NCBI GenBank assembly: GCA_963626345.1
Contig: CAVFXI010000017.1
Location: forward strand, 14,149-78,148
Direction: 5' to 3'
Origin: Gemmiger formicilis
Lineage (GTDB): Bacteria > Bacillota_I > Bacilli_A > RFN20 > CAG-826
Length of the DNA stretch: 64,000 nucleotides
Shown here: piece after piece, positions 37,757 to 47,553 of the stretch
How the letters are laid out: every line of letters begins with the position of its first letter
How positions within the stretch are numbered: the first letter of the stretch is position 1
The notes under the pieces: model-generated
Database searches by the model: none
The model's input: only the letters and a program-made list of their open reading frames with translations
Told to the model about the DNA's origin: nothing
Made by a program: the position numbers and the translations under genes

Positions 37757-39368
37757 GATTTCCTTCCTCCGTTTTTTTCGTCATCAATAACCCAATTTCG
37801 GATTTACTAGCTTTTTTGCCATCTAAAATTCCTCTTACTTCGCCATCGCCTAAAACTAAAATACGATCTGACAAGGCTAAGAGTACATCAAGATCTTCGC
37901 CTACATAAATAATTGCTGTACCGCTTTCTTTTTGCTCATTTAAGAGATTATAAATCATATATGAAGAATTGATATCTAGACCACGAGTTGGATAAGCTAC
38001 CATTAAAACTTTTGGTTTTGAGGAAATTTCTCTTCCTACTAAAACCTTTTGAATATTTCCTCCAGATAATTTTCTAACTGATGTGTGGATTGATGGAGTA
38101 TTTACTTCTAAATCATTTACGACTTTATCTGCAAGGTGAGCAGGTTCTTTTCTATCTAGATAAGGATTTTTAGAATTTTTTGAATAAGAACGCAACATCA
38201 TATTATCAATCAAATCCATATTTGCAACTAATCCCATTCCAAGACGATCTTCTGGAACAAAGGCTAAACGAACACCCATTGCTCTAATTTGTCTTGCGGA
38301 TTTATCTTTTAAATTGATATATTTTCCTTCAGGATCGATATAAGTTATTTCTCCTGATTCTTCTTTTGCTAGACCTGCAATTGCTTCTAATAGTTCTTTT
38401 TGCCCTGAACCAGAAATACCAGCAATTCCAAGAATTTCGCCGCTTCTAGCTATGAATGAAACATTCTTTAAAGTAAGGATGCCTTCTTCGTTTTTGCATG
38501 TAAGATTTTTAACAATAATTCTATCTTTTGGATCTTTTGGATCATTTCGTTTAATTTGAAGTTTAACTTTTTCTCCAACCATCATTTCTGTAAGTTGAGA
38601 TTCATTTGCGTCTTTAGTCATTATCGAGCCAATGCATTCGCCTTTTCTTAAGACAGCGACTCGATCTGAAACTGATAATACTTCTTGTAATTTATGGGTA
38701 ATAATAATTATAGATTTTCCATCATCCCTCATGTTTTTGATGACAGAGAAAAGATGTTCTGCCTCGATTGGAGTTAGAACAGCAGTTGGTTCATCAAGGA
38801 TTAGAATATTTGCTCCTCGGTAAAGAGTTTTAACAATTTCTAAAGTTTGTTTTTCAGAAACGGACATGTCATAGACTTTTTTATTAAAGTCAATCACAAA
38901 TCCGTACTTATCACAGATTTCTTGAATCCTTCTTTTTGCGTCTTTCTTTGATGCTTGATCAAATTCTTTTTGCTCTCTATTTTCTTTCTTTTTGTAAAAA
39001 TTTTTGAAGAAATATTTTACTTTCTTGCCAAAAGAAATAGAAGGCTTGATACCAAGAAGGATATTTTCAAGAGAAGTAAATGCTTCGATAAGTTTAAAAT
39101 GTTGATGAATCATTCCAATTTTATAATTAAAAGCATCTCTAGGAGAAGATATCTTAACTTTTTCTCCATCAACAAAAATATCACCTTCATCAGGATAATA
39201 AATACCCGAAAGCATATTCATTAAAGTTGTTTTACCTGATCCATTTTCACCTAAAAGAGATAGGATTTCGCCATGATAAATTTTTAAATTAACTTTATAA
39301 TTTGCTTTAACTTTTCCAAAAGATTTAGAAATATTTTTTAATTCTACGCAGATTTTTTTGTCTTCCAT
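37749..39368 (-). CDS. ABC transporter ATP-binding protein, duplicated ATPase (YufO/NupO-like)
   Basis: 539 aa. First ATPase unit: Walker A GENGSGKTT and Walker B ILILDEPT. Second unit: Walker A-like GISGSGQKE and signature LSGGNIQK. Confidence 0.9.
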   Translation of the reverse strand: MEDKKICVELKNISKSFGKVKANYKVNLKIYHGEILSLLGENGSGKTTLMNMLSGIYYPDEGDIFVDGEKVKISSPRDAFNYKIGMIHQHFKLIEAFTSLENILLGIKPSISFGKKVKYFFKNFYKKKENREQKEFDQASKKDAKRRIQEICDKYGFVIDFNKKVYDMSVSEKQTLEIVKTLYRGANILILDEPTAVLTPIEAEHLFSVIKNMRDDGKSIIIITHKLQEVLSVSDRVAVLRKGECIGSIMTKDANESQLTEMMVGEKVKLQIKRNDPKDPKDRIIVKNLTCKNEEGILTLKNVSFIARSGEILGIAGISGSGQKELLEAIAGLAKEESGEITYIDPEGKYINLKDKSARQIRAMGVRLAFVPEDRLGMGLVANMDLIDNMMLRSYSKNSKNPYLDRKEPAHLADKVVNDLEVNTPSIHTSVRKLSGGNIQKVLVGREISSKPKVLMVAYPTRGLDINSSYMIYNLLNEQKESGTAIIYVGEDLDVLLALSDRILVLGDGEVRGILDGKKASKSEIGLLMTKKTEEGNHE

Positions 39369-39423
39369 AATTTCACCAAAATAAGAAAGTCCAAGAGAAA
39401 AACTCTTGGACTTATGTAAAAAA

Positions 39424-40668
39424 TTAGAATTTATTATTTAAAAGATTGATACCATCAATGGTAATATCGAAATAAGGCGCAGAACGCTTTGAACTTTCAG
39501 CAAAATAAGTAATGCCATTTTTTGTTTCAATGGCTTCTGTATCACCTGTATAATTTGCATCTGTATCAACATCAGCAAGATAAGAAGTAATGTGTCCATT
39601 TGCATCAACTTTCATAGTTGATTTAACATTGCTTCCAGATACTGTAAAAGTAGAAGTATCAAAGACTTGAAGAGTGCCATTTCTTAATTTATCAGCTACT
39701 TCTTTAACTTTATCTTCGGTTCCAGCAACAGTTGCTTTTTTACCAAATTCAGTTAAAGTTACCGATCCATCTGTTAAAGTTGAACCTAATTTACCAGTCC
39801 AGTCAGTGTCGATAGTTTCGCCTTTCTTAATTTGTTGTAAGCAATATTTGAAATATGGTACCCAATCAATTTTAGAAGAAACAATGAATGTTTCTGGGCA
39901 ACGTGATTCGGTAGAACCATTATAGGAAACATTAGGAATTTTAGCGGATTCACATGCAGATGGTGCACCCCAAGAATCAGCGTGTTGAGAAATTAATGCG
40001 CAACCTTTAGAAATTAAAGTTTCAGCAGCAGTTTTTTCAGCTGTTTCATCATACCAAGAACCAGTGAATTGAACATCCATTGTCACATCAGAAACTACGG
40101 ATTTAGCACCAAGATAGAAAGAAGTGTATCCAGAGATAACTTCAGCATATGTATAAGCACCGACATAACCTATTTTTTTAGAAGTAGTCGTGCCTTTTTC
40201 AAGCATGTCTTGTAATTTTAATCCAGCAGCAACACCAGCTAGATATCTACCTTCATATATTGAAGCAAAAGCATTATGGAAATTTGAAACGTTTTCAGTG
40301 TGAGCTTTTGTTCCAGTAGCATGTGCAAATTGAACATCTTTTTCTTCTTTTGCTGCTTTAAGAATATAATCTTCATGACCAAATGAGTCAGCAAAAATGA
40401 ATTTACATCCAGATTCAACTAAATCGATAGCTTTTTCATAAGCATCATTACCTTCAGGAACTCCAGTTATGAACAATGCTTTTACATTTTCTTCATTACA
40501 AGCTTGTTCAAAAGCATTAATGAAGTTTTCATCATAAGTGGAATTTGCATCGTGTAAAGCGATAAGACCAGCTGTAAAAGTAGTGGAATCATTATTGTTG
40601 CCACCGCAACTTGCAAGAGCGCAAACACTAAGGAATGCTAAGACAGATAATTTAATACACTTTTTCAT
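39424..40668 (-). CDS. BMP-family (PnrA/TmpC/Med-like) substrate-binding lipoprotein
   Basis: The signal peptide carries the lipobox LASC (..SVCALASCGGNN). It is the first gene of the ABC operon. Confidence 0.85.
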   Translation of the reverse strand: MKKCIKLSVLAFLSVCALASCGGNNNDSTTFTAGLIALHDANSTYDENFINAFEQACNEENVKALFITGVPEGNDAYEKAIDLVESGCKFIFADSFGHEDYILKAAKEEKDVQFAHATGTKAHTENVSNFHNAFASIYEGRYLAGVAAGLKLQDMLEKGTTTSKKIGYVGAYTYAEVISGYTSFYLGAKSVVSDVTMDVQFTGSWYDETAEKTAAETLISKGCALISQHADSWGAPSACESAKIPNVSYNGSTESRCPETFIVSSKIDWVPYFKYCLQQIKKGETIDTDWTGKLGSTLTDGSVTLTEFGKKATVAGTEDKVKEVADKLRNGTLQVFDTSTFTVSGSNVKSTMKVDANGHITSYLADVDTDANYTGDTEAIETKNGITYFAESSKRSAPYFDITIDGINLLNNKF

Positions 40669-40760
40669 GTGTTCTCCTTTTATGCCCGTAATCCTTGTTT
40701 GAGAATTGAAAAGAAAGTTGAATTAACAAATGAAAAAAGATAAAAATTATTATTTTTTCT

Positions 40761-40825
40761 TGTTCATAGTGTTGGATTAAGGTCCAACGTAGAAACTTTC
40801 CGCCAATCCGGCAATTATACGAACA
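40761..40825 (-). promoter_or_regulatory. purine riboswitch aptamer (guanine-type, C at the specificity position)
   Basis: The minus strand reads UGUUCGUA-UAAU-UGCCGGAUUGGCGG-AAAGUUUCUAC-GUUGGACCUUAAUCCAAC-AC-UAUGAACA.
- P1 is 8 bp.
- J1/2 is UAAU.
- J2/3 is AGUUUCUAC.
- P3 is GUUGGA/UCCAAC.
- ACUAUG carries C at the position equivalent to C74 of the xpt guanine riboswitch.
- The aptamer lies about 90 nt upstream of the BMP lipoprotein ATG. Confidence 0.8.
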
Positions 40826-41003
40826 ATGTCTTTCGACGTTTTATTTTGAACTATTTTGATTTGAATTTAAAGATAAATATAGCGTGAAAACGTTTTCAAT
40901 TGAATTTTTAATCTTTTTTTAATATTCTTCTAGTCAAATCACTGCAATTGTTATAACCTAATACATTGTAAGTGGTGTTTTAAAATTAATTAGGAGAACA
41001 TTA

Positions 41004-41576
41004 ATGCGTAAAATACTTATGAATCAGGCTGAAATTGAAGCTTGTTATAAAAAAGTTGGTGAAGAAATTTCTACTTCATTAAAAAACGAAGAAAAAAGAC
41101 CTATATTGCTTTGTGTTATGAAAGGAGCTATGACCTTTCTTATTGGGATAATGAAATATATTGATATCCCAGTTATTGTTGATTATATCCATATTTCTTC
41201 ATATGATGGTACTTCAACAACTGGAAAGGTAAATCTACTTAAGGATATGACATTTAATCCTGAAGGAAGAACAATTGTTATCGTTGAAGATGTTGTCGAT
41301 AGTGGAGTTGCAATAAATTATCTAACTAAATATTTAAAAACTAAAAATCCAAAAGATATCAAAGTTGCAGCATTCTTTAATAAAACAGCAAGACGTGAAG
41401 TTGAAGTTAAAATAGATTACATTGGAGAAACATTTACTGAAAATGAATTTCTTCTAGGAAATGGTTTTGACTATAATGAAATTGGTCGAAACATTCCTTA
41501 TGTTTTCATTCCTGATGAAGAAGACTTTAAAAAATGGGATGAAATTTCTAAGAAAGATCCTATTAAAAAATTATAA
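41004..41576 (+). CDS. hpt: hypoxanthine(-guanine) phosphoribosyltransferase
   Basis: 190 aa with PRPP motif IVIVEDVVDSG. AGGAGA RBS. Confidence 0.9.
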   Translation: MRKILMNQAEIEACYKKVGEEISTSLKNEEKRPILLCVMKGAMTFLIGIMKYIDIPVIVDYIHISSYDGTSTTGKVNLLKDMTFNPEGRTIVIVEDVVDSGVAINYLTKYLKTKNPKDIKVAAFFNKTARREVEVKIDYIGETFTENEFLLGNGFDYNEIGRNIPYVFIPDEEDFKKWDEISKKDPIKKL

Positions 41577-41587
41577 ATATTTTAAAA

Positions 41588-41636
41588 AAAGGAGTTGTTG
41601 GAAAACCTAATAAGTTCTCCAACAACTCCTATTTTA
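41588..41636. terminator. bidirectional terminator between hpt and copA
   Basis: 12-bp stem GGAGTTGTTGGA / TCCAACAACTCC flanked by A- and T-runs. Confidence 0.65.
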
Positions 41637-44169
41637 CTTTATAACCTTCTTCTTCAATTGAAGCTTTTATCTTTTCTAATTTATCTTCGGTTGTTATAAA
41701 TGTTGCTGTTTTATTGTTTAAATCAACAATTACATTTTCAACGCCTTCGATCTTACTAATTGCATCAAAGACATGTTTTTTACAATGCTCGCACATCATT
41801 CCTTCAACATTTAAAGTATATTCTTTCTTTTCCATAGATTTTTTATTTCCTCCTTTTTCTATAGATTTTATTTTACTACTCTTTTTGATTTTTCTTGCTT
41901 TATTTAAATCATATAGATTAATTCTTAAAGCATTTAAAACAACTGTAATTGATGATAAAGACATTGCAAGTGATCCATACCATGGTTTCAAATTATTGAT
42001 TCCAATAAAAGACAAGGCACCTGCTGCAATAGGAATCATTATCGAATTATAGAAGAAAGCCCAAAATAAATTTTCTTTAATGATTCTTAATGTTATTTTT
42101 GATAAATTAATGGCTTTATAAGCTTCGTTCAATGATGAATTCATTAATACAACATCAGCTGAATCGATGGCGATATCACTTCCCGCACCAATTGCCATAC
42201 CTATATCTGCTTGAGTCAAACTTGGTGCATCATTAATTCCGTCACCAATCATTATGACTTTATATTTCTTTTGCAATTCTTTTATGGCATTAATTTTACC
42301 AATTGGATTAACTTCATAAATTACATCTTTAATATTAACTTCATCAGCAATGCTTTGAGCAACATATTTATTGTCGCCCGTTAATAAGACTGTCTTTATA
42401 CCTAGATTTTGAATCTTATTAATTGCTTCTTTTGAGTCTTCTTTAATTGAATCTGAAATTGCAATAATTCCAATTATTTTAGAATCATAAACAAAATAAA
42501 TTGCTGTTTTCCCTTTTTTTGAAAGTTCAGATGCTGTCGCATTAATTTCATTTGTGATAGTAGTGTAGTCTTTTATGAAATTATAGTTTCCAGAAATTAT
42601 TTCTTTGCCATTGATAAGTCCTTTAATACCACTTCCTGAAATATTTTGAAAGTTACTTACTTCTAGTAATTCAATATTTTTTTGTTTTGCTTTTTTAGTT
42701 ATAGCTTTAGCAAGTGGGTGATCAGATTTTATTTCTAAACTTGCAGCATATTGAAGCAAATTCAATTTTGTATATGAAATGATTTCATTTACTTCCATAT
42801 TTCCGCTTGTAATTGTTCCAGTTTTATCAAAGACAACGCAATTGGCTTTGCTAGTTTCTTCAAGAGCACTTGATGTCTTAAATAAGATTCCATTTGTTGC
42901 TCCTTTTCCGTTTCCAACCACAATAGCGACTGGAGTAGCAAGTCCTAACGCACATGGGCAAGCAATGACTAATACGGAAATTGCTCTTTCAAATGAATAA
43001 CTTAATAAATTAATATTTGGATCATTTAAGTTATTAATAAAATTTTGACCAAAAATAAGCCAACATAAGAAAACCACGATTGAAATTCCTATGATTGTAG
43101 GAACAAAAATGCCTGATATTTTATCAGCTAAAACTGTTACTTTTGTTTTTCCTAAACTTGCTTCTTCTGTTGTTTTTATGATTTGTTTTAAGAACATATC
43201 GTTTCCGGTTTTTGTTACTTTGACTATAACATTTCCATTTTGATTGATAGTTCCACAGAATACATTATCATTTTCTTTCTTTTCAACTGGTACAGATTCC
43301 CCGGTTAAACTTGATTCATTAATACATGTAAATCCTTTAAAAATTATTCCATCAGCTGGAAAAGATTCGCCAGGTTTAACACTTATTAAATCATTTACTT
43401 GCAAATCTTCGGCTTTAATATCGAATTCCTTGTTATCTTTAAATAAGTGAGCAGTGGAAGGAACAAGATTTAACATCTTTTTAATTGCTGAAGTTGTTTT
43501 TCCTTTAGAAACTTCTTCTAAAGTTTTTCCAACAGTAATTAAACAAGGAACCATACCAGCCGTCTCAAATGACAATGACATGGTGAGCATTTTTGCATGA
43601 TCGATATTTCCATTTATGGTTGCATTAAACATTGTAAACATAATAAAAGTTGAATATATAAATGCAATTGAAGAGCCAAGAGCAACCAATGTATTCATGT
43701 TGCTTGAGCCATGAATTAATGCTTTAAATCCTGAAGTGAAGTAATGATAGTTGATTATCATAATTGTTAATGATAAAAGCATTATAGTTAATGAAAATGA
43801 AAGATAATCTTCATGAAGATATCCAATAGGCCATCCCATCATATGTCCCATCGAAATGTAAAATAATGGTATTAAAACAATAATTGAAGAAATAAGTCTA
43901 ATTATTGATTTTTTTGCTGAATTATCTTTTGATTCTTTTAAATCATTTTTTTGATTCTCATTTAAAGACTTTGCGCCATAACCTGCAGAAACAACAGAAG
44001 AAATAATTGAATCAGTTGTTGCTGGCGAATCATATTCAACAACCATTTCATTTTTCAATAAATTTACAGAGCAACTTTTAACTCCTTCAACTTTTTCAAC
44101 AGCTTTTTGCACGTGAGCAGAACAAGCAGCACAACTCATTCCTGTAACACTATAATATTCTTTTTTCAT
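41629..44169 (-). CDS. copA: copper-translocating P1B-type ATPase with N- and C-terminal HMA domains
   Basis: N-terminal GMSCAACSAH, TM CPC (ACPCALGLATP), FDKTGTIT, GDGINDAP, plus a C-terminal HMA domain (EGMMCEHCKKHV). Confidence 0.95.
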   Translation of the reverse strand: MKKEYYSVTGMSCAACSAHVQKAVEKVEGVKSCSVNLLKNEMVVEYDSPATTDSIISSVVSAGYGAKSLNENQKNDLKESKDNSAKKSIIRLISSIIVLIPLFYISMGHMMGWPIGYLHEDYLSFSLTIMLLSLTIMIINYHYFTSGFKALIHGSSNMNTLVALGSSIAFIYSTFIMFTMFNATINGNIDHAKMLTMSLSFETAGMVPCLITVGKTLEEVSKGKTTSAIKKMLNLVPSTAHLFKDNKEFDIKAEDLQVNDLISVKPGESFPADGIIFKGFTCINESSLTGESVPVEKKENDNVFCGTINQNGNVIVKVTKTGNDMFLKQIIKTTEEASLGKTKVTVLADKISGIFVPTIIGISIVVFLCWLIFGQNFINNLNDPNINLLSYSFERAISVLVIACPCALGLATPVAIVVGNGKGATNGILFKTSSALEETSKANCVVFDKTGTITSGNMEVNEIISYTKLNLLQYAASLEIKSDHPLAKAITKKAKQKNIELLEVSNFQNISGSGIKGLINGKEIISGNYNFIKDYTTITNEINATASELSKKGKTAIYFVYDSKIIGIIAISDSIKEDSKEAINKIQNLGIKTVLLTGDNKYVAQSIADEVNIKDVIYEVNPIGKINAIKELQKKYKVIMIGDGINDAPSLTQADIGMAIGAGSDIAIDSADVVLMNSSLNEAYKAINLSKITLRIIKENLFWAFFYNSIMIPIAAGALSFIGINNLKPWYGSLAMSLSSITVVLNALRINLYDLNKARKIKKSSKIKSIEKGGNKKSMEKKEYTLNVEGMMCEHCKKHVFDAISKIEGVENVIVDLNNKTATFITTEDKLEKIKASIEEEGYKVK

Positions 44170-44172
44170 AAA

Positions 44173-44463
44173 TTATCTTAAATGTTTGATAAAGTTGAAT
44201 GTTTCATCAATTACTTTATCATTACCTTTCATAATTTCATCTTTTACGCATGTATTCATATGTGTTTTTAAAACTTCATATTGAACTTGACGAAGTGCTG
44301 ATTTTGCAGCTTCTAGTTGATCCAATATATCTTGGCAATAACGGTTATCTTCGATCATCTTAGATATGCCAATTATTTGTCCTGAAATTCTATTCAATCT
44401 TTTTTCTAAATCTTTTTTATAACAATCACAATTTGGATGTTCTTTTAACCTTTTTGCTTTCAT
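44173..44463 (-). CDS. csoR: CsoR-family copper-sensing repressor
   Basis: CsoR pattern RLNRISGQIIGISKMIEDNRYCQDILDQL..HMNTC. The start is moved to ATG 44463, which has AGGAGG 7 nt upstream. The longer ORF in the track covers the promoter/operator. Confidence 0.85.
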   Translation of the reverse strand: MKAKRLKEHPNCDCYKKDLEKRLNRISGQIIGISKMIEDNRYCQDILDQLEAAKSALRQVQYEVLKTHMNTCVKDEIMKGNDKVIDETFNFIKHLR

Positions 44464-44487
44464 AAATCTCCTCCTTGAAACATTCAT

Positions 44488-44516
44488 ATAATATACCCCC
44501 CTAGGGTATAGTGCAA
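44488..44516 (-). promoter_or_regulatory. csoR-copA promoter with an embedded CsoR-type operator
   Basis: The minus strand reads TTGCAC-(17 nt)-TATTAT. The spacer and the first bases of the -10 are occupied by the G/C-tract inverted repeat TATACCC-TAGGG-GGGTATA (44492-44510), which resembles known CsoR boxes. Confidence 0.6.
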
Positions 44517-44583
44517 GTATGATGCTCATATAATTTTTAATGTTCATTTATGAAAGCAGTTGAGAATATATATGTTTTTTCGA

Positions 44584-44611
44584 TAAAAAAAGGATTTGAT
44601 TGAACAAATCC
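44584..44611 (-). terminator. intrinsic terminator of the copZ-like gene
   Basis: GGATTTG-loop-CAAATCC with a plus-strand A-run (a T-run on the minus strand), directly after the stop at 44614. Confidence 0.5.
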
Positions 44612-44613
44612 AA

Positions 44614-44862
44614 TTAAATCCCGAATAATTTCTTTTTAGCATTTTTTTCTACGTTTACTGATAAGACTTTATATCCAGTAGGTTGAAATACTTTCTTAAT
44701 TTCATCAGTTGATAACTCATCATCAGATGTAAATATAACTTCGTTTTTAGAATGACTTGATTTAACCTTATAAATATTAAACCCTTTTCTAACAATTTCA
44801 TTAACGTGAGTTTCACACATAGAACACATCATGCCATCTATTTTTAATGTATATTTATTCAT
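44614..44862 (-). CDS. heavy-metal-associated (HMA) domain protein, CopZ-like
   Basis: 82 aa with GMMCSMCETHV, a ferredoxin-like HMA fold pattern. Confidence 0.75.
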   Translation of the reverse strand: MNKYTLKIDGMMCSMCETHVNEIVRKGFNIYKVKSSHSKNEVIFTSDDELSTDEIKKVFQPTGYKVLSVNVEKNAKKKLFGI

Positions 44863-45038
44863 AAATAGTTATTAATCCTTTCGTGAAAATTTTCTATCAG
44901 GATTGCATTAATTACGATGCAATCCTGATTAGCTTCTAAGTCTTTATGATAGAAAGGAGAACCATAAAGTTTTATATAAAAGGGGACCTTAAGGATTTTT
45001 TATAGTGTGTGAATTTTTGATCCCCTTTTATTAGTAAT

Positions 45039-45254
45039 TTATATAGAAGAACTACTTTTTGTTTGTTTAGTTTTAAGTTTTTCTTCTTTCTTGCGTTGCT
45101 TTCGCATTTGCTTAACCATTCTTTTCATATTGGCCTGGCAATCAGCGCATTCGTCAACAGGCATATGATGAATCTTTTTATATATTCTTACTCCGAATAC
45201 TGATACAACAATTGCTACGCAAGCAACGATAACGATGATTTCAATAGGTCCCAT
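45039..45254 (-). CDS. small FeoB-associated Cys-rich membrane protein (tentative)
   Basis: 71 aa with one N-terminal TM helix, then a C-x-D-C motif and a basic tail. It starts 10 nt after the feoB stop. Confidence 0.45.
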   Translation of the reverse strand: MGPIEIIVIVACVAIVVSVFGVRIYKKIHHMPVDECADCQANMKRMVKQMRKQRKKEEKLKTKQTKSSSSI

Positions 45255-45264
45255 AATATTTTAA

Positions 45265-47553
45265 TTAAGCTTCAACTTTTTTATTGTCTCTGTTTTTATT
45301 AAAGAAGTGGATTCCAAATCCTAATAAAATGAATGCTGCAACAAAGATAAATACTGTCCACCACCAGGTAAATACAAGATATACCATGCAAGCAGCAACA
45401 TAAGATGTTACAAGCCAGAAAGCAATTGTAGATCCAAATTTACCTTTTGGTAATTCAGCTTTTGCAGTAGCGACTGCAGCAAAGCAAGGAATAGTAGTCA
45501 TATTGAATACAATGAATGAAAGTAAGACCGCAGGAGTTGCACCAGTTGCAGTTATCATAGCTTCAACAGCGTTTAAACCTTCGATTGATTCGCCTTCTGA
45601 AGAAAAACCAGCAACAATGCAAGCTGCTAAGACACTAAATGTGCTAATAACTTGTTCTTTTGCAAGTAAACCAGTAATAGCAGCGACAGCAAATACCCAA
45701 CCAAAGTTCTTAAGTTGAACACCAAATCCAAGTGGAGTGAAGAGTGGTTGAATGAACATACCAAGATTTGCAAGAATAGATTGATTAATTTGAGCATCTT
45801 CTAAGAATTGCCAATTCCATGAGAAGTGAGTTGTGAACCAAATGAGAATTGTAGCAGCAAAGATAATTGTGAATGCTTTTTTAACGAAGTGTTTTGCTTT
45901 ATCCCATAAGTGGATCATTAATGATTTGAATTGTGGTAAGTGATATGCAGGAAGTTCCATAATAAATGGTGGAATATCCCCTCTCATTGTTGTATGTCTC
46001 ATAATTAAGACTGTAACAATAGCGGTAGCCATACCAAATACATACATTAAGAAAGTAATTAAATCGACATTTCCAATACCAAATTTTGCAACAAGTCCGC
46101 CAGCAATAGCAGTTAAAATTGGAAGTTTAGCGCCACATGAGAAGAAAGGAATAACTCTAATTGTAGCTGTTCTTTCGTTATCATCGGCTAAAGTTCTTGT
46201 ATTAATCATAGCAGGAACAGAGCAACCAAATCCCATAATCATAGGAATGAATGATCTTCCTGATAAACCAAATCTTCTGAAAATTCTATCTAAAATAAAT
46301 GCAACACGAGCCATATATCCTGAATCTTCTAAGATTGAGAAGAAGAGGAATAAGAATAAGATTTGAGGTAAGAAACCTAAAACTGCAAATAAACCAGCAA
46401 GGATACCATCGCAAATTAAGCCACTAACCCATGCTTCAGCTTTAGCTGCTTCTAACCAACCACCAACAACGCCAGTAAACCAATCGGTAATATTTGTGAA
46501 GAAGTTTGCTAAGATTACGCCAGGCGAATTGATACCGCCATTTGCAAATAATCCTTCAAACATTGTTCCGCTAAACGTAACAATTCCATCTTCTCCAAAG
46601 CAACCCATTGCCTTTAAATAGAATAAATCTTCTGAGAATGTTAAGTGGAAAATTAAGAATAAGATTACAAGGAAAATTGGAATACCCCAAATTCTACTTG
46701 TAAGGACTTTATCAACCTTATCGCTTTTTGACATCTTATTAAGGTTGTCTTTTGCTTGCCCACTATCTTTTTTAGTAACAACTTTTCCAAAATATTTTGA
46801 AATGAATTTATAACGTGAATCTGCAACAATAGCTTCAAAATCGCCGCCAAATGTTTCATCTTTGAAAGTCTTTTTATATTCTTCAACCATTGGAACGACA
46901 TCTTTATGCATTTCAACTTCAATTGAATCAAGTTCAACAAGTTTAACAGCATGGAAGAGTGGATTTTCAACTTCTTTACTTTCAAGAGCAATCTTAACGT
47001 TATGAATTAAATCTTTAAGTTTGCTTTCTTCCAAAACAGTTGTGCCAACTCTCTTTTTATTGCTTTCGTTATAAGCAATATCCATTAAAGTTTCGATGTT
47101 GTCTTCCTTTAAAGCGCTAATTTCAACGACTGGAACACCAAGTCTTCTTTCGAGTTCTGTATGATCGATTTTATCACCACTTTTTTCGACCATATCCATC
47201 ATATTTAAGGCAACAACAACTGGAACATCAATTTCAAGAAGTTGTGTAGTTAAATATAAGTTTCTTTCAAGGTTAGTAGCATCAATGATGTTAATAACAC
47301 AATCTGGTTTTTCATCGAGAATGTAATTTCTTGAAATAACTTCTTCTGGAGTATATGGTGATAAGGAATAAATTCCAGGTAAATCAACAATATCTACAGA
47401 TTCTTTCTTTTCTTTAAATTTATATTTACCATCTCTTTTATCAACTGTAACACCTGGCCAGTTACCAACGTGTGCTGTGCTACCAGTTAAGTTATTAAAG
47501 AGAGTAGTTTTACCGCAGTTAGGATTACCTGCTAAAGCAAATCTTTTAATCAT
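45265..47553 (-). CDS. feoB: ferrous iron transporter FeoB
   Basis: 762 aa. N-terminal G domain (GNPNCGKTTLFN, DLPG, NMMD) followed by a polytopic membrane domain. Confidence 0.95.
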   Translation of the reverse strand: MIKRFALAGNPNCGKTTLFNNLTGSTAHVGNWPGVTVDKRDGKYKFKEKKESVDIVDLPGIYSLSPYTPEEVISRNYILDEKPDCVINIIDATNLERNLYLTTQLLEIDVPVVVALNMMDMVEKSGDKIDHTELERRLGVPVVEISALKEDNIETLMDIAYNESNKKRVGTTVLEESKLKDLIHNVKIALESKEVENPLFHAVKLVELDSIEVEMHKDVVPMVEEYKKTFKDETFGGDFEAIVADSRYKFISKYFGKVVTKKDSGQAKDNLNKMSKSDKVDKVLTSRIWGIPIFLVILFLIFHLTFSEDLFYLKAMGCFGEDGIVTFSGTMFEGLFANGGINSPGVILANFFTNITDWFTGVVGGWLEAAKAEAWVSGLICDGILAGLFAVLGFLPQILFLFLFFSILEDSGYMARVAFILDRIFRRFGLSGRSFIPMIMGFGCSVPAMINTRTLADDNERTATIRVIPFFSCGAKLPILTAIAGGLVAKFGIGNVDLITFLMYVFGMATAIVTVLIMRHTTMRGDIPPFIMELPAYHLPQFKSLMIHLWDKAKHFVKKAFTIIFAATILIWFTTHFSWNWQFLEDAQINQSILANLGMFIQPLFTPLGFGVQLKNFGWVFAVAAITGLLAKEQVISTFSVLAACIVAGFSSEGESIEGLNAVEAMITATGATPAVLLSFIVFNMTTIPCFAAVATAKAELPKGKFGSTIAFWLVTSYVAACMVYLVFTWWWTVFIFVAAFILLGFGIHFFNKNRDNKKVEA

